A DNA stretch of 50,091 nucleotides from Eledone cirrhosa (GCA_964016885.1 CAXHJY010000984.1:1-50091), one strand, 5' to 3'; counted from the first letter of the stretch, positions 20,534 through 33,342 are shown. Numbers and translations are program-made. Notes: generated by a model from the sequence alone, not told the origin.

Positions 20534-23500
20534 TCAGGACCTGGGCACCATGGCCCATTCGAGAAGAGAACCACTGTCCGCGTAGACACATCCGGGTGAG
20601 GGTGGTCTGTCCGGGATCACCCGGAGGAACCTGTCCAAAGACTTCTTGAATTTTGTGTGGTCAGTTTCTGTTTTGACGTGTCCTGGTGTGATGTTGAAGA
20701 GAGCAGGGCCGATTGAGGTGAAATAATTGTGCCGCATTGTTGTTATGAGTTGCGATTTAGATTTTTGAATGGGACGGATAGCACGGGGCCCAAGCCTTGG
20801 GTGTATCTTGAAGGCGATGCCAACACCATTTGGGCAGTGACGATGGAACACCTTCCACATCATGCAGACAATATAACGCTCACGGCGACGCTGGAGTGAG
20901 CAAAGTTTCAGGTTTTCTAATCGACCCCAGTAGTCAAGGTCTGACATGCCATCTATCTTTTTCGTGATTGCCCTTTGAGGAGCCTCAAGTTTCATGATAC
21001 TTTGCCTCGTGTGGGGAGACCACAGTGGACAACAGCACTCAAGGCGTGGTCGGGCGAAAGTAGAGAAGAGAAGGATAATGGTGCGGGAATCTCTCGACTG
21101 GAAGGTTCTGAGGATCCAGGAACACATTCTGCGGGCCATGTCAACTTTGCTGCTTATATGCGTGGTCCAGCTTATGTTGCTGTCCACGGTTACTCCCAAG
21201 TCTCTGATGTTGTTAGATGCCACGAGAGTTTCCCCGGAGGGAAGGGAGCACGGGAGCCTCAGAGCATCCTCCCTTCCAAAGTGGATCAGTTCGAATTTGT
21301 CTTCGTTCAGTAACATGTTGTTCTTCTCTGCCCATTGGGCAACAGCCAGTAGGTCCGACTGAAGGCTTATCCGGTCATCCACGCCATTGATGACCTTTTG
21401 GAGCTTGGAATCATCAGCGAAAATTTTAACGTTGCTGTGTTTGATGATGTCAGTGATGCCATCAATATAGATGATGAAGAGAAGTGGGCCCAACACAGTG
21501 CCTTGTGGGACCCCACTACTGACTTTGGCTGGGCTTGATTTGACTTCCTCAACTACAACATGTTGGGTTCTGTTTGACAGGAAGCTCTTGATCCACTGCA
21601 GCAGCATTCCAGTGACACCAATATTGGACAGCTTTCTCAGTAGAATGTTATGATCAACCCTGTCAAAGGCCTTGCTGAAATCAAGGTAGATAACATCAGT
21701 GTTGGAACCCTCTCCCAAGGCTCTCAAAATGTCATCAAAGTGATGCAGTAGCTGCGTCAGGCAATCCCTTCCATTACGGAATCCATGCTGGTTGGAGCTC
21801 AGCATATTGTTACTCTCAAGGAAGTGGGTCATTCGCGATCTCACCACTCGCTCAAATACCTTAATGATATGAGAGGCGAGTGAGACCGGACGGTAATTCA
21901 CGGCAAGGGATTTGTTTCCCTTTTTGAAAACTGGGACAACAGACTGGGATAGAAGGTTTTCTGGCACATATCCAGCATCCAGTGAGTTCCGCCACAGATT
22001 GGCAAGAGGAGATGCAAGTTGGTGTTGACACGCCTTCAAGACACAAGCAGCGAACCTATCGGGACCTACTGCTGAATTATGCTTGATTTCCTTTATTGCC
22101 GCCAAGACATCAGGGGCGCCAAACGCCATGTCCGATAAGGTGTAATGGGGAGTAACATCGCCGATACAGCCCAGATCGGCCATATCAGGATTGCTAAAAA
22201 CAGAGCAGTATTGTTTCTGCAGTATCTCACCCATGGTTTTAGCATTGTCTTGAAGAGTGCCATTTTCATCAATTAGAGGGCCAACAGTAGAGCCAGTGAT
22301 TTTGTGTTTTTTTGCAAATGAAAAGAACACTTTGGGATTGAGTTTGATCTTCTCAATGGCCCAGGCCTCTTCAGCTCTTCTCTGATTGTTGATGAGGGAC
22401 ATTATGTTGTTTTTCAGGTTATGTTTTTTAATCTCTAGTGATGAAATGGCAGTCAAGTTGATGTGTTGCTGCTGACAGTATTTCAGCTTGTTGATTTTTT
22501 TGTTCGTTCTCTTAATTTTTCTGATGAGCGTTTTTCTATTTCTAGGGATTCTGCTCTTAGATTTGTTTATAGTTCTTAATGGGGTGTGTTTAGCACATAT
22601 GTTTGTAACAGTGTCCACAAATGTCTGCCAGGACTTTTTGATGTTAGTGGGTGTATGAGTGTGCGTGAAGGACCAGTCGACATGTGCAAGATCATGACTG
22701 ATCGCTTCCCAGTTTGCATTGTGGAAATCCATAGCGTCAAACGGATGGACAGGAGAGATGACATTGGGTTTGTATATTGGACGGTGGAATCTCAGATCAC
22801 AGAGAACCATGTCATGATCAGAGAGTAGAGTTTTCTCCACTGCAATATTGTGGATATTGTCAGTGTGATTGCTGAAAATTAAGTCTAGGACGTTTTTGTG
22901 GCACCTCGTTGGTTCGAGCACCAGTTGGGATAGGAAGAAATCATCCATGAAGTCAAGAAGCGATTCCACAGCTTCCCTGTCAGAGGTTGAGGCAGAAGAA
23001 CCTGGTGGCAGGCTGTTTGTGGACCAGTCAACTCCGGGGAGGTTCAAGTCCCCCATCATTAAGATGTTGTCAGGGTGACACTCTTGGATGAAACACTTTA
23101 TGCTGTTGAGGCATTCCTTGAAGCATGGTACAGGCGTTTGGGGTGGCCTATAGAGCCCAACTACTAATAGGTTGTTGGTTTGACTGAATACAGTGACTGC
23201 TTCACAGTATCCATTAGTGAATATGTTCATAGCCTCTGTTGAGAAAGAATTATGGACATAAATGGCAGTTCCGCCCTTTCTTCTGCCAGCGCGATCAGCA
23301 CGGATGGCTTTGAAATTTTTCACTTTCACCTCGGCTTCCAAGTGGAGGTTACTGAGATGGGTTTCAGTGAGGACGAAGAAAGGGATGTGGTTTGGATGGA
23401 CATCAATCCAGTCCTCCAGGAATTTGATCTTCCATTTTTGAGTATTGGTGGAAGGCCTGATGCCTTGGGCGTTAGGCAAAAATGTAGAGGCGAGAGTGGA

Positions 23501-23671
23501 TGGTTTTAATTGTTTTGGTGTGTTGTTAATTTGTTTGTTTGTTAATGGCAGCAATGGGAGTTTGTGCAGTTGGGTGATAGTGGAGGGTGGTGCTGGGTGA
23601 TAGCTCGAATGTTTTTTTCCAGTTCTTTTGCCAGATTCATTATGGCTAAAAAAGAGGAAGAAGTTTCCTGT
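20534..23671 (-). CDS. ORF2: APE endonuclease plus reverse transcriptase (no AUG before the EN domain; frame open from 23671)
   Basis: LTETHL, RADR…[33 protein letters not shown]. The ORF-track start at 23554 is TTG. Confidence 0.9.
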   Translation of the reverse strand, partial: TGNFFLFFSHNESGKRTGKKHSSYHPAPPSTITQLHKLPLLPLTNKQINNTPKQLKPSTLASTFLPNAQGIRPSTNTQKWKIKFLEDWIDVHPNHIPFFVLTETHLSNLHLEAEVKVKNFKAIRADRAGRRKGGTAIYVHNSFSTEAMNIFTNGYCEAVTVFSQTNNLLVVGLYRPPQTPVPCFKECLNSIKCFIQECHPDNILMMGDLNLPGVDWSTNSLPPGSSASTSDREAVESLLDFMDDFFLSQLVLEPTRCHKNVLDLIFSNHTDNIHNIAVEKTLLSDHDMVLCDLRFHRPIYKPNVISPVHPFDAMDFHNANWEAISHDLAHVDWSFTHTHTPTNIKKSWQTFVDTVTNICAKHTPLRTINKSKSRIPRNRKTLIRKIKRTNKKINKLKYCQQQHINLTAISSLEIKKHNLKNNIMSLINNQRRAEEAWAIEKIKLNPKVFFSFAKKHKITGSTVGPLIDENGTLQDNAKTMGEILQKQYCSVFSNPDMADLGCIGDVTPHYTLSDMAFGAPDVLAAIKEIKHNSAVGPDRFAACVLKACQHQLASPLANLWRNSLDAGYVPENLLSQSVVPVFKKGNKSLAVNYRPVSLASHIIKVFERVVRSRMTHFLESNNMLSSNQHGFRNGRDCLTQLLHHFDDILRALGEGSNTDVIYLDFSKAFDRVDHNILLRKLSNIGVTGMLLQWIKSFLSNRTQHVVVEEVKSSPAKVSSGVPQGTVLGPLLFIIYIDGITDIIKHSNVKIFADDSKLQKVINGVDDRISLQSDLLAVAQWAEKNNMLLNEDKFELIHFGREDALRLPCSLPSGETLVASNNIRDLGVTVDSNISWTTHISSKVDMARRMCSWILRTFQSRDSRTIILLFSTFARPRLECCCPLWSPHTRQSIMKLEAPQRAITKKIDGMSDLDYWGRLENLKLCSLQRRRERYIVCMMWKVFHRHCPNGVGIAFKIHPRLGPRAIRPIQKSKSQLITTMRHNYFTSIGPALFNITPGHVKTETDHTKFKKSLDRFLRVIPDRPPSPGCVYADSGSLLEWAMVPRS

Positions 23672-24684
23672 TTAGAAGACTGTTGGTGACTGTGGTAGTG
23701 GTTATTTTTATGTAGGTTATGGTTTTTGTTTTTGCTTTTATTTTTAATTTTATTTTCATTTGTCCGACGGGTCCCCGGGAGATGGGTAAAGGGACAATCC
23801 CGGTCTAAACACAATCTGTCTCGCAGGGAAAAACGGCAGATTTGTGGATTCCTTGTTTGAGTTATTGGTGGTTGTGTTGGTGTTAAATTAGAGTATGTAT
23901 TATGGTGGTGGCTGTTTGTGGGGATAGATCGTTTTGTCCTAGGTAAATGGGTGAATTTGCAGCCACTATCCGTACATATTCTATAGCGTAGAGAGTAGCG
24001 GCAAATGATGGGGTTTCGAGTGGGTGGGTATGTGGGTGTGTGTGTTGTGAGAGGTGTAGATGATGGTTTGGGTAGGATTTGACGACCTTTGTGGACTGTG
24101 GGAGGGAGAGTTCTTGTTCTGGTATTAGAAGGTAAATTCCTTGACATAGCAGTAGACAAAAATGTTGTAGTAGTAGTAGTAGGCAGAGATGTTGGCAGTG
24201 GTGATGATTGGACTGCTGGGCCAGAGAAAGGATGTGGCGTTTCATGCTGTGAGACAGAGGCTACTGGGGGGTCAATAGTTTCATTTAGTAGATCGGCCAT
24301 TGTTGATGAATCAAGGAGTGGTTCACACTGTTGTTGTCGTTGTTGTTGTTGTTGCTGTTGTTGATGTTGTTGTTGTAGCTGTTGTTGTTGTTGCTGTTGT
24401 AGCTGCTGTTGTTTTTGCTGCTGCTGGACAGCATTCGAAGAGAAAACACACCGTAGTTTATCCAAATGTTTATTGATTAATTTAAAAGCAATTTCGATTT
24501 GCTTTAATTTATTTTGAATCTGTTGTTCAGATCGAGTTTTCAAAAATTGAACTGTACGTTTAGCAATGTCGTTCAGAGATGAAGCATGTATGTCTTCTGT
24601 TTGGGAAAGGCAATGCCATGTGTTTATTAGAATGTCGATTTCATTATCAGACCAGTTCTGTTTGGATTTTTGCTGGTTAGCCAT
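23542..24684 (-). CDS. ORF1 (380 aa): Myb/SANT-like N-terminus, polyQ, two CCCH zinc fingers
   Basis: NWSDNEIDILINTW…RSEQQIQNKLKQI; Q run at about 24327..24426; CRYSLRYRICTDSGCKFTH and CRFSLRDRLCLDRDCPFTH (C-x8-C-x4-C-x3-H). Confidence 0.8.
   Translation of the reverse strand: MANQQKSKQNWSDNEIDILINTWHCLSQTEDIHASSLNDIAKRTVQFLKTRSEQQIQNKLKQIEIAFKLINKHLDKLRCVFSSNAVQQQQKQQQLQQQQQQQLQQQHQQQQQQQQRQQQCEPLLDSSTMADLLNETIDPPVASVSQHETPHPFSGPAVQSSPLPTSLPTTTTTTFLSTAMSRNLPSNTRTRTLPPTVHKGRQILPKPSSTPLTTHTPTYPPTRNPIICRYSLRYRICTDSGCKFTHLPRTKRSIPTNSHHHNTYSNLTPTQPPITQTRNPQICRFSLRDRLCLDRDCPFTHLPGTRRTNENKIKNKSKNKNHNLHKNNHYHSHQQSSKQETSSSFLAIMNLAKELEKNIRAITQHHPPLSPNCTNSHCCH
23647..23653 (-). promoter_or_regulatory. 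Candidate -1 ribosomal frameshift heptamer U_UUU_UUA
   Basis: Correctly phased in ORF1 (tcT TTT TTA). The ORF2 (-1) frame opens 18 nt upstream, after TAA at 23672..23674. Confidence 0.6.
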
Positions 24685-24950
24685 TCTAGTTTTGAGCGTG
24701 TGTGTGTTTTAGTTAAGTATTTCAATATATATATATATTTTTTTAATTTATTTTTGATTTATTTTTGTTTTTTGTTTTTCTTGTGTGTGAGTGAGAAGAG
24801 TATATATATAAATATGAGTATATATATATATATATATATATGTATATTCTGGTTATTTGAAATTAATTAAGTTAATGAAAAGACGAAAGTATATAATAAT
24901 AATTTGTAGTTAAAGGAAAATGTACTCACAAGTTCGAAAACACGTGGTTT

Positions 24951-25050
24951 CAAATATATAATAATATAGATGTATGTAAATGTATTAACCGGTCAATTTT
25001 CAAATATATAATAATATAGATGTATGTAAATGTATTAACCGGTCAATTTT
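24951..25050. repeat. Perfect 50-bp tandem duplication in the LINE 5' UTR
   Basis: 24951..25000 is identical to 25001..25050. Confidence 0.95.
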
Positions 25051-25160
25051 TGTTTGTTTGGTTTTGTCTTGTGGTTTTGTTTTGTGGCTGTGTGACTTGC
25101 TGCTTACTCGGGGAGAGAAGTAAAAACACGTCCTTATACTTCAACTGCTCAACTGCTATC

Positions 25161-27254
<2,094 letters not shown>

Positions 27255-27426
27255 GATATAGATAGGTAAATATACACGGGTGTGTATGATTGTGTATAGA
27301 AGATTATATTAATAAGAGGAATTCCAACTTTGTCTGATTTACTCGTTTTATTTACAATCCTTTAAAATATATATAATGGTATTATAATGAAATAGTATGA
27401 TAGAATATTAAATTCTAAGTGTTAAT

Positions 27427-27465
27427 TGAACAAGTACTTTCATGCTTTCGCAATCTTCAGGTTCA
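27427..27465 (-). ncRNA. Minimal hammerhead ribozyme in the 3' pseudo-LTR
   Basis: tgaac-CTGAAGA-ttgc gaaa gcat-GAAA-gtac-TT-gttca, with palindromic stem III. Confidence 0.8.
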
Positions 27466-27840
27466 TGATATGTGGTGACAGTCGAGTTTGCAATTTTCAA
27501 CTGTAATGAGATGGGTAAATTTCCTACCTTTTATACATTTTATACAGAGAAAAGTGGCTCCAGAATGCAAAGCCCTGTAAACTGTATTTCGACCAATCAG
27601 TGTGTAGTTTCACTGAATTACTACAGCTGATTGGTTTAAGCGTCACGGCTGGTTGAGCATGCTAACGACCAATAGTCATATCCAACGTATCAATTGTTTT
27701 GCTTTTTTGAAATGATGAAAATAGCATTTTCTATTAATCATCACCATCAACATCACTTTTATTATTATTATTATTGTTGTTGTTGTTGTTGTTAGTGGTC
27801 GTGGTCATAGTGGTAGTAGAAGTAATACCCCTAGGCGTTA

Positions 27841-30027
27841 TTATTGTTCATTTAGCTTGGGTTTGAATTTATCAATAAAATTCTTTTCTTTGATTTTTCT
27901 CTTGATTTCATTTGGGCTGTGTAATTTGTAGAATGGGAATATTATAAATATTCCCTGACCACATGTTGCCAGGTGGCCGCTTAGGGGTATCTGACGGACA
28001 TTTGGGTCTCTGATTTGTTGACGGTGTACCCGTGCACGTTCCGATAGTGCATTTCCAGTTTGACCGACATATAGTTCTTCACAATTCGGGCATTTAATGC
28101 AGTAAATTAGATTTCTGCTTTTGCAGTTCATATTTGCATTTGTGAATATTTTTCCAGTTTTTGTTTTCATATATTGACCGGCGTGTATGGATTGACATGT
28201 GCCGCATCGATTATCATTGCATTTAGATACAGTGAATGATTGGTCTTTGTTGTTAAGGTCAAACTTTGCTTTTGTTAGCAATTGCTTCAAATTTTTTGGC
28301 TGTCTTTTACTAAGAGTCAAAGATCGATCTGTGATTAAGCCTTTTAATTCATTACTTTGAGCAATGATCGGTAGGTTTGCTTTGGCAGTGTTGAAGATAT
28401 TCTGGTGACATGGGTTGTGTGTCATTATAAATGGTATGACCAGTTCTTGGTTTCTTCTTCTTTGGGTTGTTCTAAGTTGTTGTATAGGTATTTTTATAGC
28501 CAGCTGTATGCCATTTTCTATAAGTAGAGATGGGTATTTTTGTTTGAGCAAAAATTCTCTTAGTTCTGTTAGGCGTTTGTACCTGGTATTCGTATCTTCT
28601 ACAATGGTACAAATTCTTCTGGCTAGGCAGTATGGGATGTTGCGTTTTGTATGAGGTGGATGGCACGACTTAAAATTCAGATATTGATGGGTGTCTGTGT
28701 GTTTATAATATATATCCGTGGTAATGGTGGTGTCGTTTTTGATTATCATTATATCTAGGAATGGTAATTTGGTCCTACTCATCTCTTTTGTGAATTGGAG
28801 AGATGGGTGTAGGTTATTCAGGAGGATATTGAACTCATCCAGAGTATCTAGAGATTCTGTCCAGATGATGAAACAGTCGTCAAGGTATCTCTTCCAAGAT
28901 TTTTCAATGTACTTTCTAAAGTCAGTACTATATTTTTCCTCTATTTCTTGGTAGAGTTGTTGTTCTAAGTATCCCATTACAGAGTTCGCGTAAACGGGAG
29001 CAAACTTCGTTCCCATCGCTGTGCCTCTAATTTGGATGTAATTCTTTCCATTGAAGAAGAAAGTGTTGTTTTCCAGAATAAGTTTAACTGCGTCTAATAT
29101 AAATGGCGCTGTGAATCTAATGGGAATCACTTCTCTATGTTTTTCCACCCAGTATTTAACCGCCTTTATTCCTAAATCATGTGTAATGTTGGTGTACAGG
29201 CTTACCACATCAAAACTGAGTAGAAGTGAATTCGTTTCCGTGGTTTTGGGAAGATGGGACAGGAAGTCGATATCATCCCGGATGAAACTGGGTATGTGAA
29301 TACATAGTGGTTTCAAAATAATGTCAACAAAATTGCTTAGACGGTGAGTGGGGCATGTTGGACCAGCTATAATAGGTCTAAGTTTTAAGTCTTTTGGGTG
29401 TAATAATTTAATGTACTCACTGTTTTGTTCTCTTACTGCCAGTTGTATTTCTTTTGACTTGTGAACTTTCGGTAGGCCATACAGGTTGCTGGGTTTCGGC
29501 TCAAAATTGGTGATGTAGTCTCTTTCCTTATCAGTAAATGAGTTGTGGTATTTTGAAGCCAGGTTGTTGATCTTCTTCATGATGTTGTGGTCTGTATTTG
29601 ACGGTATTTCATGATAGAATGTTGTGTCTTTCAGTTGTTCCTCAACCAAATCCTTGTAGTATTCAGTATCCATTATAACAACTGCACCCCCTTTATCTGC
29701 TTGTTTAATTATTATTGTTTTATCATTTTGTATACGTTTAAGTGCAGACATTTCTGATTTGTTAATGTTTGGCCTAACATTAGTATTATGTCTAAGAGGA
29801 AATTTAGACAGGATGTCAATGTATTGGTCGAGATAGATATTTCTTCCTTTTGGCGGAGTGAAATTTGATTTATTCTTTACTAGTGATTCATCACTCTCAT
29901 TATTTTTATCAGCGAAGAATTCTACAAGACGTAATTTTCGACAGAATTCTTGGGTATCCTCCTTCAGTTCTTGGTGGTTGACTGTTGGAGTCGGTGTGAA
30001 TTTCAGTCCTTTTGACAGAATTTGCAT
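27841..30027 (-). CDS. PLE reverse transcriptase plus GIY-YIG endonuclease (frame extends about 140 nt upstream of this Met)
   Basis: LSKGLKF, ADKGGAVV, LYGLPKVHK, RPII, FDVVSLYTNI, GTAMGT, RYLDD, FLDI, linker C-x4-C-x2-C, LIYCIKCPNC…YVGQT. Confidence 0.93.
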   Translation of the reverse strand: MQILSKGLKFTPTPTVNHQELKEDTQEFCRKLRLVEFFADKNNESDESLVKNKSNFTPPKGRNIYLDQYIDILSKFPLRHNTNVRPNINKSEMSALKRIQNDKTIIIKQADKGGAVVIMDTEYYKDLVEEQLKDTTFYHEIPSNTDHNIMKKINNLASKYHNSFTDKERDYITNFEPKPSNLYGLPKVHKSKEIQLAVREQNSEYIKLLHPKDLKLRPIIAGPTCPTHRLSNFVDIILKPLCIHIPSFIRDDIDFLSHLPKTTETNSLLLSFDVVSLYTNITHDLGIKAVKYWVEKHREVIPIRFTAPFILDAVKLILENNTFFFNGKNYIQIRGTAMGTKFAPVYANSVMGYLEQQLYQEIEEKYSTDFRKYIEKSWKRYLDDCFIIWTESLDTLDEFNILLNNLHPSLQFTKEMSRTKLPFLDIMIIKNDTTITTDIYYKHTDTHQYLNFKSCHPPHTKRNIPYCLARRICTIVEDTNTRYKRLTELREFLLKQKYPSLLIENGIQLAIKIPIQQLRTTQRRRNQELVIPFIMTHNPCHQNIFNTAKANLPIIAQSNELKGLITDRSLTLSKRQPKNLKQLLTKAKFDLNNKDQSFTVSKCNDNRCGTCQSIHAGQYMKTKTGKIFTNANMNCKSRNLIYCIKCPNCEELYVGQTGNALSERARVHRQQIRDPNVRQIPLSGHLATCGQGIFIIFPFYKLHSPNEIKRKIKEKNFIDKFKPKLNEQ

Positions 30028-30074
30028 TTCATCATTGTCAAGATCTCTTTTAGATAAATTAATTATTTTAGGAT

Positions 30075-31424
30075 CTACGTGTACAGCTGTTTTGGGTATG
30101 TTTCCTCCTGGAGTTTTTCTTTTTCCGGTTTTTGTTGTCCTGACGTTAAAAAATGAATTTTTCTCTGTTCAGGATTTATATTCCTGTTGGTGTTCGCTTG
30201 ATGAACTTTTGGTCGTGATATTATATTTGGTTTCGTTATGTATTTTGTCCTATTTTTGGTATTCTGTATATTATTTTTCTTCCTGTTAGCATTATTTTTA
30301 ACAATCTGGGAAAATGACCTAGGTTTGCTTTCAGGTTTAGATCGTTTTTTCGTCCAGTTTCTTGTGGGCAATCTCTGTTGAGATCTTGAGAGTGATCTGG
30401 TTATTCTACGTTTTGTTTCCACATTCCTTGTTGGTAGTCTCTGTTGAGATCTTGAGAATGATCTCCTGGTTTTACTACTTCTCATGGTCTGGTCAAAGGA
30501 ATACCTATCGTGTTTGTGCTTTTTGTTCATGTTGTGTGCGATAGGGTGTTTTTGTAGAAAAAGCGAAGAGTTATTACCGTAGTTCTTCTTTGATTCAAGG
30601 TAAGGTGAGTGTTTGTGTTGGCACGTGTTCTGGCGTATGTTGTGTTGATGAGATTGTCCACTTTTAATGCTTTTTCTCAGGGTTCCAGAGTCTTTACCGT
30701 AATTTGCAGCATATTCATCGAGAAATAATTGTTTCTGCTGCCATACCTTTCTTGATTTGTTTTCTTCTTTTGAGATATCTCCGATCCATAGTTCTCGTAG
30801 TTTTTCAGCTATAATACCAGTCGTTAGCTTTGAAATTTCAACTTCAATTTGATCATCAATAGCTTCATATTTGGCTTTGTAGCGGGATTGTTTACATTCA
30901 GAAATGGAGATGTCGGTCCTGAATTTTGTCAATGTAAGTTCCCATCGGAGTTTTGTTTCTTCTTCTGGTTCTCCTGCAATTTCTGTAATTAGGTATTTAC
31001 GAGGGAGTATGGGTGCCGTTAGAGAGAGCCATTTCGAATGTGTTTCGACATATTTTTCGCATCTGTATGCTTTCCAGAAATTTTGTTTTCTTATGTTAAG
31101 GAATTTTTTCCATGTCTTCCACATTTCTTTTCTTATTCGATGTGTTTTGTTTTCCAAATTTCTTTCGTTTATTTCTGACATCCAAGGGGGTTGTGGTAGG
31201 CTTTCTCTTGTATCTTTGATAACTGTTGGTATAATTTCAGCTAAATTCTTAATTTCAGAGTTTATATGTTCAGTTATAAGTTTTCCGTCTGTAGATTGTT
31301 TTTCTATTTCCTTTAAAATAGAGGATTGTGTGTCCATCATCGTGATAAGTGTTGATAATTTCGATGATATCTCCTTTAGAATTCTTTCTGATTCTGTTGG
31401 TTTCATTTGTTGCTTTCCAGACAT
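30075..31424 (-). CDS. PLE upstream ORF1 (449 aa; helical N-terminus, basic RS-rich C-terminus)
   Basis: Intact ATG-started ORF, identical in both copies, between the pseudo-LTR promoter and the RT ORF. Confidence 0.8.
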   Translation of the reverse strand: MSGKQQMKPTESERILKEISSKLSTLITMMDTQSSILKEIEKQSTDGKLITEHINSEIKNLAEIIPTVIKDTRESLPQPPWMSEINERNLENKTHRIRKEMWKTWKKFLNIRKQNFWKAYRCEKYVETHSKWLSLTAPILPRKYLITEIAGEPEEETKLRWELTLTKFRTDISISECKQSRYKAKYEAIDDQIEVEISKLTTGIIAEKLRELWIGDISKEENKSRKVWQQKQLFLDEYAANYGKDSGTLRKSIKSGQSHQHNIRQNTCQHKHSPYLESKKNYGNNSSLFLQKHPIAHNMNKKHKHDRYSFDQTMRSSKTRRSFSRSQQRLPTRNVETKRRITRSLSRSQQRLPTRNWTKKRSKPESKPRSFSQIVKNNANRKKNNIQNTKNRTKYITKPNIISRPKVHQANTNRNINPEQRKIHFLTSGQQKPEKEKLQEETYPKQLYT

Positions 31425-31628
31425 GTTGGCATATACACAATAGGAATATATATATAGATATAGATAGGTAAATATACACGGGTGTGTATGATTGTGTATA
31501 GAAGATTATATTAATAAGAGGAATTCCAACTTTGTCTGATTTACTCGTTTTATTTACAATCCTTTAAAATATATATAATGGTATTATAATGAAATAGTAT
31601 GATAGAATATTAAATTCTAAGTGTTAAT

Positions 31629-31667
31629 TGAACAAGTACTTTCATGCTTTCGCAATCTTCAGGTTCA
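31629..31667 (-). ncRNA. Minimal hammerhead ribozyme in the 5' pseudo-LTR
   Basis: Identical motif to 27427..27465. Confidence 0.8.
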
Positions 31668-32136
31668 TGATATGTGGTGACAGTCGAGTTTGCAATTTTC
31701 AACTGTAATGAGATGGGTAAATTTCCTACCTTTTATACATTTTATACAGAGAAAAGTGGCTCCAGAATGCAAAGCCCTGTAAACTGTATTTCGACCAATC
31801 AGTGTGTAGTTTCACTGAATTACTACAGCTGATTGGTTTAAGCGTCACGGCTGGTTGAGCATGCTAACGACCAATAGTCATATCCAACGTATCAATTGTT
31901 TTGCTTTTTTGAAATGATGAAAATAGCATTTTCTATTAATCATCACCATCAACATCACTTTTATTATTATTATTATTGTTGTTGTTGTTGTTGTTAGTGG
32001 TCGTGGTCATAGTGGTAGTAGAAGTAATACCCCTAGGCGTTATTATTGTTCATTTAGCTTGGGTTTGAATTTATCAATAAAATTCTATTCTTTGATTTTT
32101 CTCTTGATTTCATTTGGGCTGTGTAATTTGTAGAAT

Positions 32137-32200
32137 GGGAATATTATAAATATTCCCTGAATGGGATACTGAATATTATAAATATTCCCTGAATGGAACT
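32137..32200. other. Inversion junction: 9-bp hairpin followed by templated patchwork
   Basis: GGGAATATT-ATA-AATATTCCC at 32137..32157, then ATGGGATACT (copy of 32206..32215), a repeat of GAATATTATAAATATTCCCTGA (32171..32192), and then the plus-strand RT sequence. Confidence 0.8.
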
Positions 32201-32205
32201 CTGTA

Positions 32206-33342
32206 ATGGGATACTTAGAACAACAACTCTACCAAGAAATAGAGGAAAAATATAGTACTGACTTTAGAAAGTACATTGAAAAATCTTGGAAGAGATACCT
32301 TGACGACTGTTTCATCATCTGGACAGAATCTCTAGATACTCTGGATGAGTTCAATATCCTCCTGAATAACCTACACCCATCTCTCCAATTCACAAAAGAG
32401 ATGAGTAGGACCAAATTACCATTCCTAGATATAATGATAATCAAAAACGACACCACCATTACCACGGATATATATTATAAACACACAGACACCCATCAAT
32501 ATCTGAATTTTAAGTCGTGCCATCCACCTCATACAAAACGCAACATCCCATACTGCCTAGCCAGAAGAATTTGTACCATTGTAGAAGATACGAATACCAG
32601 GTACAAACGCCTAACAGAACTAAGAGAATTTTTGCTCAAACAAAAATACCCATCTCTACTTATAGAAAATGGCATACAGCTGGCTATAAAAATACCTATA
32701 CAACAACTTAGAACAACCCAAAGAAGAAGAAACCAAGAACTGGTCATACCATTTATAATGACACACAACCCATGTCACCAGAATATCTTCAACACTGCCA
32801 AAGCAAACCTACCGATCATTGCTCAAAGTAATGAATTAAAAGGCTTAATCACAGATCGATCTTTGACTCTTAGTAAAAGACAGCCAAAAAATTTGAAGCA
32901 ATTGCTAACAAAAGCAAAGTTTGACCTTAACAACAAAGACCAATCATTCACTGTATCTAAATGCAATGATAATCGATGCGGCACATGTCAATCCATACAC
33001 GCCGGTCAATATATGAAAACAAAAACTGGAAAAATATTCACAAATGCAAATATGAACTGCAAAAGCAGAAATCTAATTTACTGCATTAAATGCCCGAATT
33101 GTGAAGAACTATATGTCGGTCAAACTGGAAATGCACTATCGGAACGTGCACGGGTACACCGTCAACAAATCAGAGACCCAAATGTCCGTCAGATACCCCT
33201 AAGCGGCCACCTGGCAACATGTGGTCAGGGAATATTTATAATATTCCCATTCTACAAATTACACAGCCCAAATGAAATCAAGAGAAAAATCAAAGAAAAG
33301 AATTTTATTGATAAATTCAAACCCAAGCTAAATGAACAATAA
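32206..33342 (+). pseudogene. 5'-truncated PLE ORF2 within the partial tandem
   Basis: Identical to the C-terminal 378 aa of the left-copy ORF2. Confidence 0.88.

Larger units (their letters stand above)
20446..25160 (-). mobile_element. Full-length CR1/L2-group LINE, copy 3 (5' UTR, ORF1, ORF2, 3' UTR with (TCAAAGTTAT)2)
   Basis: Two overlapping ORFs, the same 3' tail as copy 2, and both ends in (TA)n arrays. Confidence 0.93.
27253..32160 (-). mobile_element. Neptune-like PLE, left copy (5' pseudo-LTR, ORF1, ORF2, 3' pseudo-LTR)
   Basis: The pseudo-LTR at 31425..32160 repeats the ORF2 end and the 3' UTR. The 3' end fuses with (TA)n at the element's own CTATATATAT. Confidence 0.92.

Noticed and set aside
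20540-22127. APOBEC editing or CpG decay as the cause of the copy 3 differences
   Set aside because: Copies 1 and 2 agree on sense A and conserved residues favour A as ancestral. APOBEC gives sense G>A, and most sites are not in CpG context.
24686-24929. Possible intron in the LINE 5' UTR (GTGAGT … CTAG before the ATG)
   Set aside because: The acceptor lacks a polypyrimidine tract and only one copy is available; the motif could be chance.
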